Part shown: one piece after another, positions 24,901 through 36,885 of the stretch | How the letters are laid out: every line of letters starts with the position of its first letter | Numbering within the stretch: the first letter of the stretch is position 1 | Assembly: GCA_950097015.1 (NCBI GenBank) | Contig: CATNEN010000031.1 | Coordinates: 124,001 to 188,000 of the forward strand | Source of the DNA: Macrostomum hystrix | Lineage: Eukaryota; Animalia; Platyhelminthes | Direction of reading: 5' to 3' | DNA: 64,000 nt | Made by a program: the position numbers and the translations under genes | The notes under the pieces: model-generated | Database searches by the model: none | What the model saw: the letters and a program-made list of their open reading frames with translations, nothing else | What the model was told of the DNA's origin: nothing

Positions 24901-27900
24901 GTTTAGCCATGATTCAAGCTCTGGTTTAGCCATGATTCAGACTCTGGTTTAGCCATGATTCAAACGCTTCGTTAGCTATGATTCAAACTCTGGTTTAGCC
25001 ATGATTCAAGCTCTGGTTTAGCCATGATTCAAACTCTGGTTTAGCCATGATTCAAGCTCTGGTTTAGCCATGATTCAGACTCTGGTTTAGCCATGATTCA
25101 AGCTCTGGTTTAGCCATGATTCAGACTCTGGTTTAGCCATGATTCAAACGCTTGGTTAGAGCTATGATTCAAACTCTGGTTTAGCCATGATTCAAGCTCT
25201 GGTTTAGCCATCATTCAAACTCTGGTTTATCCATGATTCAAACTCCGGTTTAGCCATGATTCAAACTCTGGTTTAGCCATGATTCAAACGATTGGTTAGC
25301 TATGATTCAAACTCTGGTTTAGCCATGATTCAAACTCTGGTTTAGCCATGATTAAAACTCCGTTTTAGCCATGATTAAAACTCTGGTTTAGCCATGATTC
25401 AGTCTCTGGTTTAGCCATGATTCAAACTCTGGTTTAGCCATGATTCAAACGCTTCGTTAGCTATGATTCAAACTCTGGTTTAGCCATGATTCAAGCTCTG
25501 GTTTAGCCATGATTCAGACTCTGGTTTAGCCATGATTCAAACGCTTGGTTAGAGCTATGATTCAAACTCTGGTTTAGCCATGATTCAAACTCTGGTTTAG
25601 CCATGATTCAAACTCTGGTTTAGCCATGATTCAAGCTCTGGTTTAGCCATGATTCAGACTCTGGTTTAGCCATGATTAAAACGCTTGGTTAGTTATGATT
25701 CAAGCTCTGGTTTAGCCATGATTCAAACGCTTCGTTAGCTATGATTCAAACTCTGGTTTAGCCATGATTCAAGCTCTGGTTTAGCCATGATTCAAACTCT
25801 GGTTTAGCCATGATTCAAGCTCTGGTTTAGCCATGATTCAGACTCTGGTTTAGCCATGATTCAAGCTCTGGTTTAGCCATGATTCAGACTCTGGTTTAGC
25901 CATGATTCAAACGCTTGGTTAGAGCTATGATTCAAACTCTGGTTTAGCCATGATTCAAGCTCTGGTTTAGCCATCATTCAAACTCTAGTTTATCCATGAT
26001 TCAAACTCTGGTTTAGCCATGATTCAAACTCTGGTTTAGCCATGATTCAAACGATTGGTTAGCTATGATTCAAACTCTGGTTTAGCCATGATTAAAACTC
26101 CGTTTTAGCCATGATTAAAACTCTGGTTTAGCCATGATTCAGTCTCTGGTTTAGCCATGATTCAAACTCTGGTTTAGCCATGATTCAAACGCTTCGTTAG
26201 CTATGATTCAAACTCTGGTTTAGCCATGATTCAAGCTCTGGTTTAGCCATGATTCAGACTCTGGTTTAGCCATGATTCAAACGCTTGGTTAGAGCTATGA
26301 TTCAAACTCTGGTTTAGCCATGATTCAAACTCTGGTTTAGCCATGATTCAAACTCTGGTTTAGCCATGATTCAAGCTCTGGTTTAGCCATGATTCAGACT
26401 CTGGTTTAGCCATGATTAAAACGCTTGGTTAGTTATGATTCAAGCTCTGGTTTAGCCATGATTCAAACGCTTCGTTAGCTATGATTCAAACTCTGGTTTA
26501 GCCATGATTCAAGCTCTGGTTTAGCCATGATTCAAACTCTGGTTTAGCCATGATTCAAGCTCTGGTTTAGCCATGATTCAGACTCTGGTTTAGCCATGAT
26601 TCAAGCTCTGGTTTAGCCATGATTCAGACTCTGGTTTAGCCATGATTCAAACGCTTGGTTAGAGCTATGATTCAAACTCTGGTTTAGCCATGATTCAAGC
26701 TCTGGTTTAGCCATCATTCAAACTCTAGTTTATCCATGATTCAAACTCTGGTTTAGCCATGATTCAAACTCTTGTTTAGCCATGATTCAAACGATTGGTT
26801 AGCTATGATTCAAACTCTGGTTTAGCCATGATTCAAACTCTGGTTTAGCCATGATTAAAACTCCGTTTTAGCCATGATTAAAACTCTGGTTTAGCCATGA
26901 TTCAGTCTCTGGTTTAGCCATGATTCAAACTCTGGTTTAGCCATGATTCAAACTCTGGTTTAGCCATGATTCAAACTCTGGTTTAGCCATGATTCAAACT
27001 CCGGTTTAGCCATGATTCAAACTCAGGTTTACCCATGATTCAAACTCTGGTTTAGCCATGATTCAGACTGTGGTTTAGCCATGATTCAGACTCTGGTTTA
27101 GCCATGATTCAAACGCTTGGTTAGCTATGATTCAAACTCTGGTTTAGCCATGAATTAAACTCCGGTTTAGCCATGAATAAAACTCTGGTTTAGCCATGAT
27201 TCAGTCTCTGGTTTGGCCATGATTCAAACTCTGGTTTAGCCATGATTCAGACGCTGGTTTAGCCATGATTCAAGCTCTGGTTTAGCCATGATTCAGACTC
27301 TGGTTTAGCCATGATTAAAACGCTTGGTTAGTTATGATTCAAACTCTGGTTTAGCCATGATTCAAACTCTGGTTTAGCCATGATTCAAACTCCGGTTTAG
27401 CCATGATTCAAACTCAGGTTTACCCATGATTCAAACTCTGGTTTAGCCATGATTCAGACTGTGGTTTAGCCATGATTCAGACTCTGGTTTAGCCATGATT
27501 CAAACGCTTGGTTAGCTATGATTCAAACTCTGGTTTAGCCATGATTCAAACTCTGGTTTAGCCATGATTCAAGCTCTGGTTTAGCCATGATTCAAACTCT
27601 GGTTTAGCCATGATTCAAGCTCTGGTTTAGCCATGATTCAGACTCTGGTTTAGCCATGATTCAAGCTCTGGTTTAGCCATGATTCAGACTCTGGTTTAGC
27701 CATGATTCAAACGCTTGGTTAGAGCTATGATTCAAACTCTGGTTTAGCCATGATTCAAGCTCTGGTTTAGCCATCATTCAAACTCTGGTTTATCCATGAT
27801 TCAAACTCCGGTTTAGCCATGATTCAAACTCTGGTTTAGCCATGATTCAAACGATTGGTTAGCTATGATTCAAACTCTGGTTTAGCCATGATTCAAACTC

Positions 27901-30900
27901 CGGTTTAGCCATGATTGAATCTCTGGTTTAGCCATGATTCAAACTCCGGTTTAGCCATGATTCAGACTTTGGGTTAGCGATGATTCAAACTCTGGTTTAG
28001 CCATGATTCAGACTGTGGTTTAGCCATGATTCAGACTCTGGTTTAGCCATGATTCAAACGCTTGGTTAGCTATGATTCAAACTCTGGTTTAGCCATGAAT
28101 TAAACTCGGGTTTAGCCATGAATAAAACTCTGGTTTAGCCATGATTCAGTCTCTGGTTTGGCCATGATTCAAACTCTGGTTTAGCCATGATTCAGACGCT
28201 GGTTTAGCCATGATTCAAGCTCTGGTTTAGCCATGATTCAGACTCTGGTTTAGCCATGATTAAAACGCTTGGTTAGTTATGATTCAAACTCTGGTTTAGC
28301 CATGATTCAAACTCTGGTTTAGCCATGATTCAAACTCCGGTTTAGCCATGATTCAAACTCAGGTTTACCCATGATTCAAACTCTGGTTTAGCCATGATTC
28401 AGACTGTGGTTTAGCCATGATTCAGACTCTGGTTTAGCCATGATTCAAACGCTTGGTTAGCTATGATTCAAACTCTGGTTTAGCCATGATTCAAACTCTG
28501 GTTTAGCCATGATTCAAGCTCTGGTTTAGCCATGATTCAAACTCTGGTTTAGCCATGATTCAAGCTCTGGTTTAGCCATGATTCAGACTCTGGTTTAGCC
28601 ATGATTCAAGCTCTGGTTTAGCCATGATTCAGACTCTGGTTTAGCCATGATTCAAACGCTTGGTTAGAGCTATGATTCAAACTCTGGTTTAGCCATGATT
28701 CAAGCTCTGGTTTAGCCATCATTCAAACTCTGGTTTATCCATGATTCAAACTCCGGTTTAGCCATGATTCAAACTCTGGTTTAGCCATGATTCAAACGAT
28801 TGGTTAGCTATGATTCAAACTCTGGTTTAGCCATGATTCAAACTCTGGTTTAGCCATGATTAAAACTCCGTTTTAGCCATGATTAAAACTCTGGTTTAGC
28901 CATGATTCAGTCTCTGGTTTAGCCATGATTCAAACTCTGGTTTAGCCATGATTCAGACGCTGGTTTAGCCATGATTCAAGCTCTGGTTTAGCCATGATTC
29001 AGACTCTGGTTTAGCCATGATTCAAACGCTTCGTTAGCTATGATTCAAACTCTGGTTTAGCCATGATTCAAGCTCTGGTTTAGCCATGATTCAAACTCTG
29101 GTTTAGCCATGATTCAAGCTCTGGTTTAGCCATGATTCAGACTCTGGTTTAGCCATGATTCAAGCTCTGGTTTAGCCATGATTCAGACTCTGGTTTAGCC
29201 ATGATTCAAACGCTTGGTTAGAGCTATGATTCAAACTCTGTTTTAGCCATGATTCAAACTCTGGTTTAGCCATGATTCAAACTCCGGTTTAGCCATGATT
29301 CAGACTGTGGTTTAGCCATGATTCAGACTCTGGTTTGGCCATGATTCAAGCTCTGGTTTAGCCATGATTCAGACTTTGGGTTAGCGATGATTCAAACTCT
29401 GGTTTAGCCATGATTCAAGCTCTGGTTTAGCCATCATTCAAACTCTGGTTTATCCATGATTCAAACTCCGGTTTAGCCATGATTCAAACTCTGGTTTAGC
29501 CATGATTCAAACGCTTGGTTAGTTATGATTCAAACTCTGGTTTAGCCATGATTCAAACTCTGGTTTAGCCATGATTCAAACTCCGGTTTAGCCATGATTC
29601 AAACTCAGGTTTACCCATGATTCAAACTCTGGTTTAGCCATGATTCAGACTGTGGTTTAGCCATGATTCAGACTCTGGTTTGGCCATGATTCAAGCTCTG
29701 GTTTAGCCATGATTCAGACGCTGGTTTTGCCATGATTCAAACGCTTGGTTAGCCATGATTCAAACTCTGGTTTAGCCATGATTGAATCTCTGGTTTAGCC
29801 ATGATTCAAACTCCGGTTTAGCCATGATTGAATCTCTGGTTTAGCCATGATTCAAACTCCGGTTTAGCCATGATTCAGACTTTGGGTTAGCGATGATTCA
29901 AACTCTGGTTTAGCCATGATTCAAACTCTGGTTTAGCCATGATTCAAACTCCGGTTTAGCCATGATTCAAACTCAGGTTTACCCATGATTCAAACTCTGG
30001 TTTAGCCATGATTCAGACTGTGGTTTAGCCATGATTCAGACTCTGGTTTGGCCATGATTCAAGCTCTGGTTTAGCCATGATTCAGACTTTGGGTTAGCGA
30101 TGATTCAAACTCTGGTTTAGCCATGATTCAAGCTCTGGTTTAGCCATCATTCAAACTCTGGTTTATCCATGATTCAAACTCCGGTTTAGCCATGATTCAA
30201 ACTCTGGTTTAGCCATGATTCAAACGCTTGGATAGCTATGATTCAAACTCTGGTTTAGCCATGATTCAAACTCTGGTTTAGCCATGAATTAAACTCCGGT
30301 TTAGCCATGAATAAAACTCTGGTTTAGCCATGATTCAGTCTCTGGTTTGGCCATCATTCAAACTCTGGTTTAGCCATGATTCAGACGCTGGTTTAGCCAT
30401 GATTCAAGCTCTGGTTTAGCCATGATTCAGACTCTGGTTTAGCCATGATTCAAACGCTTCGTTAGCTATGATTCAAACTCTGGTTTAGCCATGATTCAAG
30501 CTCTGGTTTAGCCATGATTCAAACTCTGGTTTAGCCATGATTCAAGCTCTGGTTTAGCCATGATTCAGACTCTGGTTTAGCCATGATTCAAACGCTTGGT
30601 TAGAGCTATGATTCAAACTCTGGTTTAGCCATGATTCAAACTCTGGTTTAGCCATGATTCAAACTCTGGTTTAGCCATGATTCAAGCTCTGGTTTAGCCA
30701 TGATTCAGACTCTGGTTTAGCCATGATTCAAACTCCGGTTTAGCCATGATTCAAACTCAGGTTTACCCATGATTCAAACTCTGGTTTAGCCATGATTCAG
30801 ACTGTGGTTTAGCCATGATTCAGACTCTGGTTTAGCCATGATTCAAACGCTTGGTTAGCTATGATTCAAACTCTGGTTTAGCCATGAATTAAACTCCGGT

Positions 30901-33900
30901 TTAGCCATGAATAAAACTCTGGTTTAGCCATGATTCAGTCTCTGGTTTGGCCATGATTCAAACTCTGGTTTAGCCATGATTCAGACGCTGGTTTAGCCAT
31001 GATTCAAGCTCTGGTTTAGCCATGATTCAGACTCTGGTTTAGCCATGATTAAAACGCTTGGTTAGTTATGATTCAAACTCTGGTTTAGCCATGATTCAAA
31101 CTCTGGTTTAGCCATGATTCAAACTCCGGTTTAGCCATGATTCAAACTCAGGTTTACCCATGATTCAAACTCTGGTTTAGCCATGATTCAGACTGTGGTT
31201 TAGCCATGATTCAGACTCTGGTTTAGCCATGATTCAAACGCTTGGTTAGCTATGATTCAAACTCTGGTTTAGCCATGATTCAAACTCTCGTTTAGCCATG
31301 ATTCAAGCTCTGGTTTAGCCATGATTCAAACTCTGGTTTAGCCATGATTCAAGCTCTGGTTTAGCCATGATTCAGACTCTGGTTTAGCCATGATTCAAGC
31401 TCTGGTTTAGCCATGATTCAGACTCTGGTTTAGCCATGATTCAAACGCTTGGTTAGAGCTATGATTCAAACTCTGGTTTAGCCATGATTCAAGCTCTGGT
31501 TTAGCCATCATTCAAACTCTGGTTTATCCATGATTCAAACTCCGGTTTAGCCATGATTCAAACTCTGGTTTAGCCATGATTCAAACGATTGGTTAGCTAT
31601 GATTCAAACTCTGGTTTAGCCATGATTCAAACTCTGGTTTAGCCATGATTAAAACTCCGTTTTAGCCATGATTAAAACTCTGGTTTAGCCATGATTCAGT
31701 CTCTGGTTTAGCCATGATTCAAACTCTGGTTTAGCCATGATTCAGACGCTGGTTTAGCCATGATTCAAGCTCTGGTTTAGCCATGATTCAGACTCTGGTT
31801 TAGCCATGATTCAAACGCTTCGTTAGCTATGATTCAAACTCTGGTTTAGCCATGATTCAAGCTCTGGTTTAGCCATGATTCAAACTCTGGTTTAGCCATG
31901 ATTCAAGCTCTGGTTTAGCCATGATTCAGACTCTGGTTTAGCCATGATTCAAGCTCTGGTTTAGCCATGATTCAGACTCTGGTTTAGCCATGATTCAAAC
32001 GCTTGGTTAGAGCTATGATTCAAACTCTGTTTTAGCCATGATTCAAACTCTGGTTTAGCCATGATTCAAACTCCGGTTTAGCCATGATTCAGACTGTGCT
32101 TTAGCCATGATTCAGACTCTGGTTTGGCCATGATTCAAGCTCTGGTTTAGCCATGATTCAGACTTTGGGTTAGCGATGATTCAAACTCTGGTTTAGCCAT
32201 GATTCAAGCTTTGGTTTAGCCATCATTCAAACTCTGGTTTATCCATGATTCAAACTCCGGTTTAGCCATGATTCAAACTCTGGTTTAGCCATGATTCAAA
32301 CGCTTGGTTAGTTATGATTCAAACTCTGGTTTAGCCATGATTCAAACTCTGGTTTAGCCATGATTCAAACTCCGGTTTAGCCATGATTCAAACTCAGGTT
32401 TACCCATGATTCAAACTCTGGTTTAGCCATGATTCAGACTGTGGTTTAGCCATGATTCAGACTCTGGTTTGGCCATGATTCAAGCTCTGGTTTAGCCATG
32501 ATTCAGACGCTGGTTTTGCCATGATTCAAACGCTTGGTTAGCCATGATTCAAACTCTGGTTAAGCCATGATTGAATCTCTGGTTTAGCCATGATTCAAAC
32601 TCCGGTTTAGCCATGATTGAATCTCTGGTTTAGCCATGATTCAAACTCCGGTTTAGCCATGATTCAGACTTTGGGTTAGCGATGATTCAAACTCTGGTTT
32701 AGCCATGATTCAAACTCTGGTTTAGCCATGATTCAAACTCCGGTTTAGCCATGATTCAAACTCAGGTTTACCCATGATTCAAACTCTGGTTTAGCCATGA
32801 TTCAGACTGTGGTTTAGCCATGATTCAGACTCTGGTTTGGCCATGATTCAAGCTCTGGTTTAGCCATGATTCAGACTTTGGGTTAGCGATGATTCAAACT
32901 CTGGTTTAGCCATGATTCAAGCTCTGGTTTAGCCATCATTCAAACTCTGGTTTATCCATGATTCAAACTCCGGTTTAGCCATGATTCAAACTCTGGTTTA
33001 GCCATGATTCAAACGCTTGGATAGCTATGATTCAAACTCTGGTTTAGCCATGATTCAAACTCTGGTTTAGCCATGAATTAAACTCCGGTTTAGCCATGAA
33101 TAAAACTCTGGTTTAGCCATGATTCAGTCTCTGGTTTGGCCATGATTCAAACTCTGGTTTAGCCATGATTCAGACGCTGGTTTAGCCATGATTCAAGCTC
33201 TGGTTTAGCCATGATTCAGACTCTGGTTTAGCCATGATTCAAACGCTTCGTTAGCTATGATTCAAACTCTGGTTTAGCCATGATTCAAGCTCTGGTTTAG
33301 CCATGATTCAAACTCTGGTTTAGCCATGATTCAAGCTCTGGTTTAGCCATGATTCAGACTCTGGTTTAGCCATGATTCAAACGCTTGGTTAGAGCTATGA
33401 TTCAAACTCTGGTTTAGCCATGATTCAAACTCTGGTTTAGCCATGAATAAAACTCTGGTTTAGCCATGATTCAAGCTCTGGTTTAGCCATGATTCAGACT
33501 CTGGTTTAGCCATGATTAAAACGCTTGGTTAGTTATGATTCAAACTCTGGTTTAGCCATGATTCAAACTCTGGTTTAGCCATGATTCAAACTCCGGTTTA
33601 GCCATGATTCAAACTCAGGTTTACCCATGATTCAAACTCTGGTTTAGCCATGATTCAGACTGTGGTTTAGCCATGATTCAGACTCTGGTTTGGCCATGAT
33701 TCAAGCTCTGGTTTAGCCATGATTCAGACGCTGGTTTAGCCATGATTCAAACGCTTGGTTAGCCACGATTCAAACTCTGGTTTAGCCATGATTGAATCTC
33801 TGGTTTAGCCATGATTCAAACTCCGGTTTAGCCATGATTGAATCTCTGGTTTAGCCATGATTCAAACTCCGGTTTAGCCATGATTCAGACTTTGGGTTAG

Positions 33901-36628
33901 CGATGATTCAAACTCTGGTTTAGCCATGATTCAAGCTCTGGTTTAGCCATCATTCAAACTCTGGTTTATCCATGATTCAAACTCCGGTTTAGCCATGATT
34001 CAAACTCTGGTTTAGCCATGATTCAAACGCTTGGTTAGCTATGATTCAAACTCTGGTTTAGCCATGATTCAAACTCTGGTTTAGCCATGAATTAAACTCC
34101 GGTTTAGCCATGAATAAAACTCTGGTTTAGCCATGATTCAGTCTCTGGTTTGGCCATGATTCAAGCTCTGGTTTAGCCATGATTCAGACTCTGGTTTAGC
34201 CATGATTAAAACGCTTCGTTAGCTATGATTCAAACTCTGGTTTAGCCATGATTCAAGCTCTGGTTTAGCCATGATTCAAACTCTGGTTTAGCCATGATTC
34301 AGACGCTGGTTTAGCCATGATTCAAGCTCTGGTTTAGCCATGATTCAGACTCTGGTTTAGCCATGATTCAAACGCTTCGTTAGCTATGATTCAAACTCTG
34401 GTTTAGCCATGATTCAAGCTCTGGTTTAGCCATGATTCAAACTCTGGTTTAGCCATGATTCAAGCTCTGGTTTAGCCATGATTCAGACTCTGGTTTAGCC
34501 ATGATTCAAGCTCTGGTTTAGCCATGATTCAGACTCTGGTTTAGCCATGATTCAAACGCTTGGTTAGAGCTATGATTCAAACTCTGGTTTAGCCATGATT
34601 CAAACTCTGGTTTAGCCATGATTCAGACTCTGGTTTAGCCATGATTCAAACGCTTGGTTAGATATGATTCAAACTCTGGTTTAGCCATGATTCAAACTCT
34701 GGTTTAGCCATGATTCAAACTCCGGTTTAGCCATGATTCAAACTCAGGTTTAGCCATGATTCAGACTCTGGTTTAGCCATGATTCAGACTGTGGTTTAGC
34801 CATGATTCAAACGCTTGGTTAGATATGATTCAAACTCTGGTTTAGCCATGATTCAAACTCTGGTTTAGCCATGATTCAAACTCCGGTTTAGCCATGATTC
34901 AAACTCAGGTTTAGCCATGATTCAGACTCTGGTTTAGCCATGATTCAGACTGTGGTTTAGCCATGATTCAGACTCTGGTTTAGCCATGATTCAAGCTCTG
35001 GTTTAGCCATGATTCAGACTCTGGTTTAGCCATGATTCAAACGCTTGGTTAGAGCTATGATTCAAACTCTGGTTTAGCCATGATTCAAACTCTGGTTTAG
35101 CCATGATTCAGACTCTGGTTTAGCCATGATTCAAACGCTTGGTTAGATATGATTCAAACTCTGGTTTAGCCATGATTCAAACTCTGGTTTAGCCATGATT
35201 CAAACTCCGGTTTAGCCATGATTCAAACTCAGGTTTAGCCATGATTCAGACTCTGGTTTAGCCATGATTCAGACTGTGGTTTAGCCATGATTCATACTCT
35301 GGTTTAGCCATGATTCAAGCTCTGGTTTAGCCATGATTCAGACTCTGGTTTAGCCATGATTTAAGCTCTGGTTTAGCCATGATTCAAACTCTGGTTTAGC
35401 CATGATTCAAACTCTGGTTTAGCCATGATTCAAGCTCTGGTTTAGCCATGATTCAGACTCTGGTTTAGCCATGATTCAAACGCTTGGTTAGAGCTATGAT
35501 TCAAACTCTGGTTTAGCCATGATTCAAACTCTGGTTTAGCCATGATTCAAACTCTGGTTTAGCCATGATTCAAGCTCTGGTTTAGCCATGATTCAGACTC
35601 TGGTTTAGCCATGATTAAAACGCTTGGTTAGTTATGATTCAAACTCTGGTTTAGCCATGATTCAAACTCTGGTTTAGCCTTGATTCAAACTCCGGTTTAG
35701 CCATGATTCAAACTCAGGTTTACCCATGATTCAAACTCTGGTTTAGCCATGATTCAGACTGTGGTTTAGCCATGATTCAGACTCTGGTTTAGCCATGATT
35801 CAAGCTCTGGTTTAGCCATGATTCAGACGCTGGTTTAGCCATGATTCAAACGCTTGGTTAGCTATGATTCAAACTCTGGTTTAGCCATGATTCAAACTCT
35901 GGTTTTGCCATGATTCATGCTCTGGTTTAGCCATGATTCAAACTCTGGTTTAGCCATGATTCAAACTCTGGTTTAGCCATGATTCAGACTCTGGTTTAGC
36001 CATGATTCAAGCTCTGGTTTAGCCATGATTCAGACTCTGGTTTAGCCATGATTCAAACGCTTGGTTAGAGCTATGATTCAAACTCTGGTTTAGCCATGAT
36101 TCAAACTCTGGTTTAGCCATGATTCAAGCTCTGGTTTAGCCATGATTCAGACTCTGGTTTAGCCATGATTAAAACGCTTGGTTAGTTATGATTCAAACGC
36201 TGGTTTAGCCATGATTCAAACTCTGGTTTAGCCATGATTCAAACTCCGGTTTAGCCATGATTCAAACTCAGGTTTACCCATGATTCAAACTCTGGTTTAG
36301 CCATGATTCAGACTCTGGTTTGGCCATGATTCAAGCTCTGGTTTAGCCATGATTCAAGCGCTTGGTTAGAGCTATGATTCAAACTCTGGTTTAGCCATGA
36401 TTGAATCTCTGGTTTAGCCATGATTCAAACTCCGGTTTAGCCATGATTGAATCTCTGGTTTAGCCATGATTCAAACTCCGGTTTAGCCATGATTCAGACT
36501 TTGGGTTAGCGATGATTCAAACTCTGGTTTAGCCATGATTCAAGCTCTGGTTTAGCCATCATTCAAACTCTGGTTTATCCATGATTCAAACTCCGGTTTA
36601 GCCATGATTCAAATTCTGGTTTAGCCAT
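18996..36628. repeat. 23-bp satellite, main array (about 765 copies) with higher-order duplications
   Basis: Continuous GCCATGATTCAAACTCTGGTTTA monomers with recurring variants (e.g. 25-bp AAACGCTTGGTTAGAGCTATG type). Rare variants recur at 1844-bp and 2789-bp spacing. Confidence 0.97.
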
Positions 36629-36885
36629 TGTGGCGCCGTCGGTCCATCGCGGCCAGGCGCATTGATAGCCTGAGCGTGGGCGGGCACGGTGCCGCCAATG
36701 TCCTTTAACTCTTCACTGACCTATTAATGTACATGCCTATTGTGTGGCACGTGGCCACCGCTCAATAATATCGCACGTTGTACTTGTATCTCGCGTTCTA
36801 TATAAGTGATGTGACTGATGCACAAATATGTTATCGTAATCGCTCCAAACTAACAAACATAAGAGTCACTCTAAACGACACGACA
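36629..36885 (+). repeat. 5' LTR (257 bp)
   Basis: TGTGGCGCCG...ACGACACGACA; 256/257 identical to the 3' LTR (AATATGTTAT vs AATATATTAT). Confidence 0.96.

Noticed and set aside
18996-36628. CRISPR-like or telomeric reading of the 23-bp array
   Set aside because: Monomers are contiguous with no unique spacers and no cas genes; TTAGCC within the monomer is not a tandem telomeric hexamer.
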